Source: Candidatus Moanibacter sp. (lineage in GTDB: Bacteria; Verrucomicrobiota; Verrucomicrobiia; Opitutales; UBA2987). Taken from it: 32,966 nt of DNA. The stretch covers positions 1 to 32,966 of the forward strand of contig CBDCEW010000063.1 in assembly GCA_965215885.1 (NCBI GenBank), written 5' to 3'. Below, piece by piece: positions 1-9,133 of the stretch; the first letter of the stretch is position 1; each line of letters opens with the position of its first letter. Below the pieces are notes generated by a model, which saw only the letters and a program-made list of their open reading frames with translations, did no database searches and was not told the DNA's origin. Made by a program: the position numbers and the translations under genes.

Positions 1-1458
1 CTGGATGAAGTTGAAGAATTGGCCGGGTTCGCGCCGCAAATCATCGAGGCGATCGAGAAGGATCTGGACGCCCATGCGCGTGAGAAGAAGAAACTTCGAT
101 TGGAAGATCGAAGGTTCTTTGAAGGGCGCACAGCGGAGCTGCCGGAGCTGGACATCGAGGAGGAGAATATTCTGGCTGCTGAATTGAATCTTGCGGTAGG
201 CCGGCCGCGGATGCCGGCTTATGCGGTATACGTGTTCGTGATGATTCGTGGGTTTCTCGGTTCGTTGACCACGAAACCGGCACGGCGGTTTCTGCGCGAG
301 TCGATGAGCTTGTACGGATTTCTTCAGAGGCGGGGACTGAGGATGCCGGCGGTGACGACGATTCTGGAGAACGTGAACCTGGTCAGCCATAGGACCCGCG
401 AGCTGATCTTTGATAAACAGATTGGGTTTATCCTCCAGGAGCAATGGGACGATTTCGGGAAGCTGACGATCGACAGCACCTCGGTGAAAGCAAACAGCTG
501 CTGGCCCACCGATGGGAGGATTCTGAGCGGTCTTTTGATGCGGGCCAATCGTTTGGGTCAGAAGTTGCATATATTCGGGCTGGAGGATTTTCGCAAAGGA
601 TGGGTTGGGCGTTGGCTGCAGGAGATGGACAAGCTGGAGTTTCAGATTTGTCTGGCCGCGGGCAAACCGAAGTCGAAGGGCAAGCTGAAGAAACACTACC
701 GGCGGTTGCTCAAGCGGGGCCGCAAGGCGGCCGACTCACTAACGGGGGAACTGAGCCATCTTGAAGAGGGCCTGTCGATGGATTCACTGCCTCCCACTCG
801 CCGGGAGCTTCTGGAGCGGGCATTGAGCCAGATCAGGGGCGATATTGCCGACGCCAAGCGGGTTGTTGAGTATGCTCATGATCGGGTGTTTCACGAAAAG
901 AAGCTACCGTCCACACAGAAGGTCCTGAGCCTCTCGGACGGATCGGCGGCCTACATCAAGAAGGGCAGCCGCAATCCAGTGATCGGGTACAAGCCACAAC
1001 TGGTTCGCAGCGAAAACGGTTTTGTCACCAGCCTGATCGTACCGCAAGGCAACGCGGCAGACTCCATTGAGCTGGCGCCGGCCATCGGCGATTCGATCAA
1101 GCGCACCGGTGTCATTGCTGAACTGGTCAGCACCGATGACGGATATGCTTCGGCGAAGGGACGCAAGGAGGTGCTGAGCATGGGGGTAAAGCAGATCAGT
1201 ATCAGTGGGGCGAAGGGCAAGAAGTTGACCACCCCCGAGGACTGGGAGAGCGAGGCGTATCGCGAGGCACGCCGCGATCGCTCCGCAGTGGAGTCGCTGA
1301 TGTTCACGATTAAAGATGGATTTGCCTTTGGCGAACTCGGCCGCCGCGGCATCGATGCGGTAGGCGATGAACTGCTCGAGAAGGTTCTGGCCTACAACTT
1401 CTGCCGCATCATACTGATGAAGAAACGCCGAGGGGAGGAACTGGAACAGGCAGCCTGA
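1..1458 (+). CDS. DDE transposase, ISNCY/IS5-like (5' end runs off the window)
   Basis: Frame open from base 1; DDE-type motifs TIDSTSVKAN, STDDGY, RSAVESLM; GYKPQL segment typical of IS5/IS1182/ISNCY-like enzymes. Confidence 0.85.
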   Translation: MDEVEELAGFAPQIIEAIEKDLDAHAREKKKLRLEDRRFFEGRTAELPELDIEEENILAAELNLAVGRPRMPAYAVYVFVMIRGFLGSLTTKPARRFLRESMSLYGFLQRRGLRMPAVTTILENVNLVSHRTRELIFDKQIGFILQEQWDDFGKLTIDSTSVKANSCWPTDGRILSGLLMRANRLGQKLHIFGLEDFRKGWVGRWLQEMDKLEFQICLAAGKPKSKGKLKKHYRRLLKRGRKAADSLTGELSHLEEGLSMDSLPPTRRELLERALSQIRGDIADAKRVVEYAHDRVFHEKKLPSTQKVLSLSDGSAAYIKKGSRNPVIGYKPQLVRSENGFVTSLIVPQGNAADSIELAPAIGDSIKRTGVIAELVSTDDGYASAKGRKEVLSMGVKQISISGAKGKKLTTPEDWESEAYREARRDRSAVESLMFTIKDGFAFGELGRRGIDAVGDELLEKVLAYNFCRIILMKKRRGEELEQAA

Positions 1459-1683
1459 ATCTGACCGCTTTGAAGCTCAGAGAAAAAAGCACCACGGGAT
1501 GAGTATGCCTCCAGACAGCGGCAAATATACGTATTGTGCAGCAAGCCACGCCGATGGCCGCTCAATACCTGCTCATCGGCAGCGCCGGCAGCCTAAAACC
1601 CGAAACCTGCCAGCCATAGGCTGGTCCGCCCGTGGCGGAGAACCTTAAACCGCCCGCTCGAAAGGCTTTTCGAATGGGGTCTA
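1..1683 (+). mobile_element. Insertion sequence, right part; right end near GGCTTTTCGAATGGGGTCTA (1664-1683)
   Basis: Transposase plus about 220 bp non-coding tail ending where the PIN-domain reading frame abruptly begins; left IR is outside the window so the end is approximate. Confidence 0.6.
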
Positions 1684-2152
1684 TATAGAGACCACAGTTC
1701 CCAGCTACTATGTGGCGAGGCCATCCAATAGCCTCATCCAGGCAGCCCGACAGGCGATGACACGTCAGTGGTGGGACGGAGGATGTTCGAGTTTCGACCT
1801 TTACACTGCTCTTGAGACAATCGATGAAGCGGGTAAGGGCGACAGCGAGATGGCGTCTGCCAGGAAGGCACTGCTCGATTCGATCCCGTTGCTTGCAATG
1901 ACCGACGAAGCGATCGCACTCGCCGGCAAGCTGGTCTCGGCAGATATTGTGCCGGCGAAGGCGGCATCAGATTCCCTTCATATTGCGGTTGCTTCAGTCC
2001 ACGGAGTCGATTATCTTGTCACATGGAACTTTAAACACATCGCCAACCCATTCTTGCGTGATCGGATGCGGATCGCTGTGGCAGACGCTGGATTCGAGTT
2101 GCCAGTGATGTGCAGCCCCGAAGAACTATTACAGAATGATGAAGACGATTGA
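1679..2152 (+). pseudogene. PIN-domain (VapC-like) toxin, N-terminus cut off by the IS
   Basis: In-frame VYIETTVPSYYVARPS from 1679 upstream of the called GTG; DSLHIAVA, YLVTWNFKHIAN and CSPEEL PIN motifs; no in-frame ATG just before 1679. Confidence 0.75.
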
Positions 2153-2363
2153 TACACCGATCGCCGTTACAGATCCGGTGATTTCTGAGGTTCGTCGGCA
2201 CAAGCGTGCCATAGCGGAGGAATTTGGATTCGATGTCATAGCTTTGGCTCGTTCGCTCCAACAGCGTCAGGTGGGAGATCCACGCTTCGTGACGCTCACC
2301 GAAAACGAAGGCGAACAAGCGGGTGCTGACCAACAGACTGCCCGCCCCGTGTCGAAAGCGTGA
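2136..2363 (+). CDS. Small partner protein of the PIN toxin (putative antitoxin); C-terminus runs into attC
   Basis: Overlaps the toxin 3' end; DPVISEVRRHK motif typical of small proteins following this PIN subfamily. Confidence 0.6.
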   Translation: MMKTIDTPIAVTDPVISEVRRHKRAIAEEFGFDVIALARSLQQRQVGDPRFVTLTENEGEQAGADQQTARPVSKA

Positions 2364-2435
2364 CGGTAATTTCAACCTCAACCTTGCAGACGAGGCGCGC
2401 CGCCGGCAGCCTGTGGCAGACCCCTGACGTTCTGT
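2310..2435 (+). other. attC site 1 (integron cassette recombination site)
   Basis: GGCGAAC(2310)...GTTCTGT(2429) with imperfect internal palindrome; translates as GEQAGADQQTARPVSK, the pattern seen at verrucomicrobial cassette ends. Confidence 0.75.
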
Positions 2436-2988
2436 CGTGAAACACAAAGGACGTGCATTCTTGCCTGACCCGATTTCCCCACAGATAGAGCTGCGCGGGA
2501 GGCGCCGTTGTCGATCATTGTTGCATGATCCCCTTACTTGCAACTAAATGGGGTTCAAAATGGCTTTCACACCAAGCAAAGACTACAAGCGCCGGGAGCG
2601 TGAGCGGAAGAAGACCGAGAAGCGCATGGCTCGCAAGGCCGCGAAAGCCGAAAAGAAGGCTGCCGAGCGGGACGCATCCCGTCGACGAGCACATTGCTCT
2701 GGAAATTGATCGGCACCGAATGGGGCTGCTGTCGAAGGAGGGGCTGGGACGGTAAATCTTCGCTCTGAGCGCAAGTATCTCGTAAACCCGAAACAAACTT
2801 GGCGAGTATGAGTAGAGTCCACGAAGATCGCTTAAGATCTGCCATACGACATATTCCGAAACAGACAGAACAATAGGATGCAGTCCGACATGCCACCGCC
2901 GGAATGTTTTCAATAGGTTTTAGAAGTTGGGGAGTCGTTTGAGCAGCGAAGCGGCGTTGTCGCGGTGCCATGCGGCTGATCCTGGACG
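2430..2988 (+). mobile_element. Integron gene cassette A, copy 1
   Basis: Begins G/TTCTGT (2429); its attC begins with the exact complement ACAGAAC (2865); near-identical copy at 8547-9105. Confidence 0.85.
2560..2709 (+). CDS. 49-aa highly basic peptide MAFTPSKDYKRRERERKKTEKRMARKAAKAEKKAAERDASRRRAHCSGN
   Basis: Read manually (below ORF-track cutoff); most plausible sense ORF in cassette A; open in both copies. Confidence 0.5.
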   Translation: MAFTPSKDYKRRERERKKTEKRMARKAAKAEKKAAERDASRRRAHCSGN

Positions 2989-2994
2989 TTATCC
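2865..2994 (+). other. attC site 2
   Basis: ACAGAACAATAGGATGCAG...GCGGCTGATCCTGGACGTTATCC; AAC/GTT cores and AGGAT/ATCCT, CAG/CTG pairing. Confidence 0.85.
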
Positions 2995-3018
2995 GCCGAA
3001 ATTTACTCTCGCTTCAGG

Positions 3019-3270
3019 TTGACTATCGCCACCTCATTCTCAAAACATCTCGCAGATTTAGAGGCATGGCTACGGCGTCGCAGGGACGCCCCGCCTTGGA
3101 CTAATGTGGTCGTGGTGCGCGACACAGACATTATGCACGGCCCTGGCGCAATAGTATCGGCGGACGCATTGTCTTCGCCAACGGAATTTTCACCGACTTT
3201 CGCCCAGCTTATCGGGGAAGGCTACGCTTGGATTAATCTGATTGGAAACGGCTTGTTGTATGTTTTATAA
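3019..3270 (+). CDS. Hypothetical cassette protein, probably 3'-truncated
   Basis: ORF starts 30 bp after attC2 GTT; ends in an AT-richer stretch beginning GTTGTATG at 3255. Confidence 0.45.
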   Translation: MTIATSFSKHLADLEAWLRRRRDAPPWTNVVVVRDTDIMHGPGAIVSADALSSPTEFSPTFAQLIGEGYAWINLIGNGLLYVL

Positions 3271-3551
3271 AGAACTCACGAATTATGGAGCATCAAAAAA
3301 GAAAAGAAGCCACTATAGCCCCAAGCATTTACCACTTCGATACGGGACCATTCAACTGGTACATCATTGAGGACGAAGGAAGACTAACCCTGGTAGATGC
3401 CGGTTTTCCGGGAAACTACAGCGTTTTACCAAAGGCATAGCCTCACTTGGTTTTGATATCAAAGATTTGGAGGCAATCATTCTGACCCACGCCCATGCTG
3501 ATCACATTGGTTTTGCCGAAAAGCTGAGAACGCAAACCAAAGTCCCAGTTT

Positions 3552-5926
3552 CAGACCTCACTATATTGCCCCTCTAAAGGCACTATGCAATCGCAAGTTT
3601 AAATCCCGATTTTTTGCCCAGTCGGAAGATGATTCTTCGGCCTGAACCGTCGGGCATCAGTAAGGGCTTCTCATTGAGAGTTTGCAGATACTCAAGCACC
3701 ACCGCCTGCACCCGAGGGGGATAAGTTGCGGTGGGGAATAAATGCGCTTCGACCGCACAGCCCCTCTCTATAAGAACGCCGTCACTGTGAGTCAAATTGC
3801 GAAACAGATCGTGGTCGTCACGATAGTTGTTGTAGCGAGCTTTAAAGGGTTCGAGCTGCTTGTAGAAGCTGTTACGGGCGAAGATTTTCAAGGCATCCAT
3901 GAGGGACTTGTTAGCGGTGTCCAGGCGGACATAGTTTTCATCAATGAGGCGCTGCAGCCTCGAGCATTCGGTGTCGATTTGCTCCAGTTCGAGTTGGAGG
4001 GCTTTGAGGGCCTGATCGAGTCGACGGATCTTTTCGCCCCTTGAGGCGCTTTTGCCCGGGTGGGCATGCTCGGCCAGGAGCAGTCTTTTCAATTCTTCGG
4101 TGCATTGCTGTTTTTGCTTCAGGAGGGCTTTGGCGGCACCGCTTTTCTCCTGCTTGTCCTCAAGGTGTTGGGCTAATCGCTTGTAGTGGACGGTGCGATA
4201 AGAGGTGATCTGATTAATCCCAAAGTGCTTATCGAGGTATTTGAAGTCATTCTCCTGAATCCAGCGACTGAACATCCCTTTGATTACCTCTTCATTTCGG
4301 GCCTGCTGATCGGTCGCCAGGATGCTCACGGTAATGGTTCGATTTTTTGGATTGGTCGCCTCCACGATCCACTGCACCAGTTGAGGATTTTTCTTCCAGG
4401 GGCCCCGCTGATAGCGAAGATGATACTCCTGGAGATCTTCGGCATGGTTGCGCGCGCGCTGCAGGCGCAACTGCCCGTCGATCCGTTGGAGGGGCTGGGC
4501 GCTGGCCTTGTAACCTTTTTCCCAGGTAATGATTTCGAGTTGAGGATGCTCCACGATGGCTTCGTAAAACCACTCCGCGGCGATCGCCCGGTCCACGTAA
4601 ATGCTCACCTTCTTATCAGCCGGCAACTGCACCAGCTCGAGCATCGCTTCGCAGTTGGGGATAAACCGTTCCCTTATATCCTCATAGTTGTCGGTACTCG
4701 CAAAATAGATCGGATAGCCCTTGAGGGTATGAATAAAATCGCTGTGGAGCGCTTTGTCGGCCAGACGGATACCCGGACACCATCCCGCCAGCACCTTGCT
4801 CATTCCGGTGTAATGTTTGGTGTGCGGATCATAATAAAAGCTCTCTTCATCCGAAGCATTCAGGCCCCTCGCGTTCACTCTGAGGATCTCTCTTAAAAGC
4901 CCTTCATCGGCCAGGGCGCTAAGGCTTTGGCGTTGCAGATAGGGGGTATACAGGACTCGCCCGATGAGTTTTTGCAGGTCTTCGAGATCGAGCAGTTTGC
5001 TCTGCTCGATATTGACCGCGGCCAACAACCCGCAAGCCACCCATTGTTTCAAAAGCCAGCCCTCTTCGCGATCAATCTGAGCGACTTCTCTGAGCGCGGC
5101 ACTGAACAGAAGTACTCCCAGGTGCCGATACCATTGCACCGCTTCGGAGCTCTCCCTCGAAAAATCGGGAGACTCCTTGCGATTGTCCCCTTCGCTTTCG
5201 GGGCTATTTTCTGCTTCTTGCTCCTGTTCGTCCCTCCCCGAGTCCTCCGGGCAATCCCAGGGAGTCTCCCGATTTTGCGCCCTCTCGGCTTCGGCCTCCT
5301 TTGCCCGGGCCTCTTTAAGCTCCTTAAAGACAGGGCGCAAAGTTTCCCCACTGAGGTTAACTCCGAACACCTCCTCGATCTCCCCCCGTATCTTCTTGCT
5401 GTAGCCATACCGACTCTCCCCATAGATCTGCCCGAAGCGCACCCGCCCAAAACTCCGGATTTCCCTCGTCAATTTGCGATGAGCGCTGCGTCCCGCCAGC
5501 ACTCGCGCTAAGGTCTCGGCATCTCCGCTTTGAAGCGCCTCCCCCCACCGCTTCATCGTTTTGGGGTCAACCTCAAATTGCTTCTCTAAGCGCCCTTTCT
5601 TCAACCCCGCATTGTAGAGGCGCCCCACCAATAGCTTGAATTCAACTTGCTCCCGATCGTCCTCTACGACTTCAAAAAGCTCATGCCCGTAATAGACGTG
5701 CAGTTTGCCTTCGCTCAGATCCCGATAGACCGTGATCGAGGGATGACCCTTGTCCACTCCAAGGATGCACTGTAAGAAGGTCTCTTCTTTGACGGTAGGT
5801 TTCTCCATTTTTCTTCGAATTTGATGGTTCGAAGATGAAGCCTACCGTTTTCTTTAGCTCTTAAAAGCCGGGAATTGTATCTGCGATTGCCCCTCTGCCC
5901 ACCAACCCGCATGATAGCGAGTTCTG
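3552..5926 (-). mobile_element. 2375-bp IS with large transposase, family unassigned
   Basis: Imperfect 18-bp TIRs CAGACCTCACTATATTGC / CAGAACTCGCTATCATGC (14/18); 5-bp target duplication AGTTT at 3547-3551 and 5927-5931. Confidence 0.9.
3583..5808 (-). CDS. 741-aa putative DDE transposase with N-terminal HTH and C-terminal coiled coil
   Basis: Fills the TIR-bounded element; candidate catalytic motifs YYDPHTKHY, YVDRAI, RWIQENDFKYL; HTH-like QFEVDPKTMKRW. Confidence 0.8.
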   Translation of the reverse strand: MEKPTVKEETFLQCILGVDKGHPSITVYRDLSEGKLHVYYGHELFEVVEDDREQVEFKLLVGRLYNAGLKKGRLEKQFEVDPKTMKRWGEALQSGDAETLARVLAGRSAHRKLTREIRSFGRVRFGQIYGESRYGYSKKIRGEIEEVFGVNLSGETLRPVFKELKEARAKEAEAERAQNRETPWDCPEDSGRDEQEQEAENSPESEGDNRKESPDFSRESSEAVQWYRHLGVLLFSAALREVAQIDREEGWLLKQWVACGLLAAVNIEQSKLLDLEDLQKLIGRVLYTPYLQRQSLSALADEGLLREILRVNARGLNASDEESFYYDPHTKHYTGMSKVLAGWCPGIRLADKALHSDFIHTLKGYPIYFASTDNYEDIRERFIPNCEAMLELVQLPADKKVSIYVDRAIAAEWFYEAIVEHPQLEIITWEKGYKASAQPLQRIDGQLRLQRARNHAEDLQEYHLRYQRGPWKKNPQLVQWIVEATNPKNRTITVSILATDQQARNEEVIKGMFSRWIQENDFKYLDKHFGINQITSYRTVHYKRLAQHLEDKQEKSGAAKALLKQKQQCTEELKRLLLAEHAHPGKSASRGEKIRRLDQALKALQLELEQIDTECSRLQRLIDENYVRLDTANKSLMDALKIFARNSFYKQLEPFKARYNNYRDDHDLFRNLTHSDGVLIERGCAVEAHLFPTATYPPRVQAVVLEYLQTLNEKPLLMPDGSGRRIIFRLGKKSGFKLAIA

Positions 5927-6506
5927 AGTTTATATCCATAAAGAAGATGCGGCAATGGCTGGCACTGCATTGCAATTGCCCTGGTACGGATTATTGTCCA
6001 ATGCCTGGCGACCTTATATTGCTACAATGCTGGGCACGGCGTTGGTTAATGGGGTGTTTAGCCTACCCAAAATTAGAAAAGTAAAAACCTTTGTGGATGG
6101 TGAAACTCTTGATGTACCCGGAAAACCTCTCGTAATTCACACGCCGGGGCATACCGCAGGCGAGGTAGTTTTTTATCTGCCCAAGCGCAATGTGTTGTTT
6201 AGCGGAGATACTTTGGTTACCCGAAATCTGATGACCGGAAAACATGGCGACCCACAAGTGACTCATCCCCTGCTGAACAAGGATTTTACACAAGCCCATC
6301 AGTCGCTTGGCTTACTCAACGAAATTGGAAAAGTAACTATGCTATCAGGGCACGGCAAGCCTTGGGTTGGCGAAATAAAAGAAGCTATTGAACTGGCATC
6401 ATCAAGTGATCCTTTTTTGCCGAAGGTGTAGCGTGTCGCCTTATGGGGTTTGAGCTATAAATCAGCCGTTTCGTGGCTTAGCGTATAATCCTGTCCCATT
6501 ACTAGT

Positions 6507-8351
6507 CCTAAAATAAGCGCGTTTAAAGGTTGAACAGGAAACTTCGTTATGCCTAACGTTATTTGCCATGCTGGCGGTAGTTTTGCCGCCGCCACCCTTG
6601 GGCTGGTTTCATGTTTTGCTTTTTTTGAGTCATATCCGTTCTGTTTTAACGTTAGTTCTGTCCCCTTTTTGGGATACGCCGACAGTCCTTCCGTTGTGGC
6701 TGTGCGTTCGCGGTTACTTGATCTGCTACCCAGGCGACATAGATCGGAATCGCTCCCAGGTGCTGATAAAATCTCCCATCCACTCGTTCCAGCTTAAAAG
6801 CCGATAAACAATTCGGCGCCCGCTTCGGATGATTTGCGCGGGGAGCAAGATGATGGCGTGAAGGAAGCGCCGAAACTCCATCTTCACGATCTCCAACCCC
6901 CGCTGGCGGTTGGGCATGAGTAATCCATACCACGCCTTCAGGTTCCAGGCCAATGCTGTCATTACCATATAGGCCCAATTGCTCAAAAGATCATCCACGG
7001 GCATACGCATCGCATTAACCCCGTTTTTGAGTTGCTCAATAACGTTCTCCTGATCGCAGCGTTGATTCGCAAAGGCGACCACCTGCTCCTTAGTCAGGTC
7101 CCTACGATTTGTGATATAAAAAAAGTAGCGGATCTCATCAAAGAGCACTACTTCGCCCTTTTGCACACTGATGTTCTTACGCACCACCACCATCCGATAG
7201 GTCTTTTTGCACTTGTTGGGCCGATAGTCCAACTCGGCCACACTTTCTGCCTCCAGCACCTTGTTTTCAAAACCCTTCTGGTGCACGATCCCTTCCTTCA
7301 CTCGCGGCGCTTTAGCTCTCGATTCGGTCGCTATTTCATGCTTGGGCAACCGCTCCAGTTCGCTCCAGGCCGTCTCTCTGAACTCCTCGGCCAGTCCCAC
7401 CACTTTGGGATGCGCATCCATTCCGAAGATAAATCCCGTTCCTTCTTCATCCCACCGATCGAAGTTTTCTGTCAACGAAAAGTCCGTATCCCCTCGCAAG
7501 CAGATTTTCCCCGCATGCGCACGCACAAGTTCCACCGCCCGATCAATCCACTTTACGCATCCCTCATGGCTAGTCTCATTGCCCGGTCGATTCACCATGT
7601 AGAGCACTTCCCTGGTATTTGCCAAACTCACGATCAGCGGTGCATAGCCCCAGATCCCCTTATAGCTTATTCCCATACCCCCTTTGCACTTCCCTCTCGT
7701 CTGCGCTATCGTCCCGTCCACATCGATGAACGCCTCCTCCATGAATCCTTTTGCCTGCTTGTTCCACACCCCTTGCCGTATCCGGTTGATCCCTTCCATC
7801 AATTTTTCGATCGCGCCTTCATCAAAGCGTCGGGTGAAGTCTCCACTGGTCGTCGGATCCGGTATCCTCTGCGCTCCTAAGGCATTCAGAAAAACCTCGT
7901 CCTTGCGGCGCAATTCGATGTCTTCGAGCCGGATCCCTCCCAATAATGCGTTGTCGGCTATGTTGAGCACATGATCACTCTCATGATACGGCAGGTGGCG
8001 CTTGAGCAACTGCACGCTCTGGTCGAGCTCTTCCACCAACCCCAGTCTCTTCACCATCAGGTGAATCGCTCCTATCCCTCCACAACTCACCCCTTTGCCT
8101 CGTTCGGCCGTCTCGTAGTGGATGTTGCTCGCTTTGAACATCGGTTTGGCCTGTTCAGGCCAGCCCCGATTTCTAAGCCGATGCTTTATTCTTCTCTTGC
8201 TATTGTGGAGGTTCTTGCGGTATCTTCTTTTCACTCGAAACGTCCTTTTTTTCTGGGTGGTTTTTTTGGTCGATTAACAGTTTTCCCAGTATCTAAGCGC
8301 GTTTCGAGCTTTTTATTGCGTTAGGTATATTCCAATCACACTTGTTCGAGG
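6507..8351 (-). mobile_element. IS1380-family element
   Basis: Imperfect TIRs CCTAAAATAAGCGCG / CCTCGAACAAGTGTG; flanked on both sides by ACTAGT (6501-6506, 8352-8357). Confidence 0.85.
6726..8234 (-). CDS. IS1380-family transposase
   Basis: IPDPTTSGDFTRRF, IDVDGT, LRGDTDF, RCDQENVIEQLK, NWAYMV motifs. Confidence 0.9.
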   Translation of the reverse strand: MKRRYRKNLHNSKRRIKHRLRNRGWPEQAKPMFKASNIHYETAERGKGVSCGGIGAIHLMVKRLGLVEELDQSVQLLKRHLPYHESDHVLNIADNALLGGIRLEDIELRRKDEVFLNALGAQRIPDPTTSGDFTRRFDEGAIEKLMEGINRIRQGVWNKQAKGFMEEAFIDVDGTIAQTRGKCKGGMGISYKGIWGYAPLIVSLANTREVLYMVNRPGNETSHEGCVKWIDRAVELVRAHAGKICLRGDTDFSLTENFDRWDEEGTGFIFGMDAHPKVVGLAEEFRETAWSELERLPKHEIATESRAKAPRVKEGIVHQKGFENKVLEAESVAELDYRPNKCKKTYRMVVVRKNISVQKGEVVLFDEIRYFFYITNRRDLTKEQVVAFANQRCDQENVIEQLKNGVNAMRMPVDDLLSNWAYMVMTALAWNLKAWYGLLMPNRQRGLEIVKMEFRRFLHAIILLPAQIIRSGRRIVYRLLSWNEWMGDFISTWERFRSMSPG

Positions 8352-8457
8352 ACTAGTCGAACCCCAACGAGCGGCAGAAACAATGAATCGGATAGATCAA
8401 TCTGACATCTATCGGTTTGAATTTGAACGTACAACGGACTTTAACTCCAACGCTGGC

Positions 8458-8552
8458 GGATAACAAAGAATTGCAGCGGAGCCGTGTTTGCCGTGCCGGT
8501 TCGCTTCGCTCATCAACGACCAATCACGGCCCGCCGAATTCAGACGTTCTGT
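8458..8552 (+). other. attC site 3
   Basis: GGATAACAAAGAATTGCAGCGGAGCCGTG...CACGGCCCGCCGAATTCAGACGTTCTGT; GGCGGATAAC (8455-8464) is the exact complement of GTTATCCGCC (2988-2997). Confidence 0.85.
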
Positions 8553-9105
8553 CGTGAAACACAAAGGACGTGCATTCTTGCCTGACCCGATTTCCCCACA
8601 GATAGAGCTGCGTGGGAGGCGCCGTTGTCGATCATTGTTGCATGATCCCCTTATTTGCAACTAAATGGGGTTCAAAATGGCTTTCACACCAAGCAAAGAC
8701 TACAAGCGCCGGGAGCGTGAGCGGAAGAAGACCGAGAAGCGCATGGCTCGCGAGGCCGCGAAAGCCGAAAAGAAGGCTGCCGAGCGGGACGCATCCCGTC
8801 GACGAGCACATTGCTCTGGAAATTGATCGGCACCGAATGGGGCTGCTGTCGAAGGAGGGGCTGGGACGGTAAATCTTCGCTCTGAGCGCAAGTATCTCGT
8901 AAACCCGAAACAAACTTGGCGAGTATGAGTAGAGTCCACGAAGATCGCTTAAGATCTGCCATACGACATATTCCGAAACAGACAGAACAATAGGATGCAG
9001 TCCGACATGCCACCGCCGGAATGTTTTCAATAGGTTTTAGAAGTTGGGGAGTCGTTTGAGCAGCGAAGTGGCGTTGTCGCGGTGGCATGCGGCTGATCCT
9101 GGAAG
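8547..9105 (+). mobile_element. Integron gene cassette A, copy 2 (basic peptide ORF 8677-8826)
   Basis: Direct repeat of 2430-2988 at offset 6117 with about 6 substitutions seen; repeat limits coincide with the GTT crossover points. Confidence 0.85.
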
Positions 9106-9111
9106 TTCTGC
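8982..9111 (+). other. attC site 4 (copy of attC2)
   Basis: ACAGAAC...GCGGCTGATCCTGGAAGTTCTGC. Confidence 0.85.
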
Positions 9112-9133
9112 CTGACAAGATCAAAGGCACATC

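Larger units (their letters stand above)
3285..6431 (+). pseudogene. Metallo-beta-lactamase-fold hydrolase, frameshifted and split by an IS (pieces 3285-3551 and 5927-6431)
   Basis: LVDAGFPG, then THAHADHIG (HxHxDH) after a frameshift at the T run 3424-3427; resumes VYIHKED...HTPGHTAGE...FSGDTL...SGHG after the IS. Confidence 0.9.

Noticed and set aside
2515..2971. Minus-strand ORFs of 132-134 aa (and copies at 8632-9376)
   Set aside because: No recognisable motifs, they run through attC, and their recurrence is explained by cassette duplication.
3285..6431. Functional beta-lactam resistance gene
   Set aside because: MBL fold only; no signal peptide or subclass B signature recognised, and it is both frameshifted and IS-interrupted.
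8426..8435. AACGTACAAC as inverse core of an MBL-cassette attC (9/10 complement of 3255-3264)
   Set aside because: No attC hairpin of its own follows, and it lies inside the reconstructed open frame ending at attC3; may be chance.
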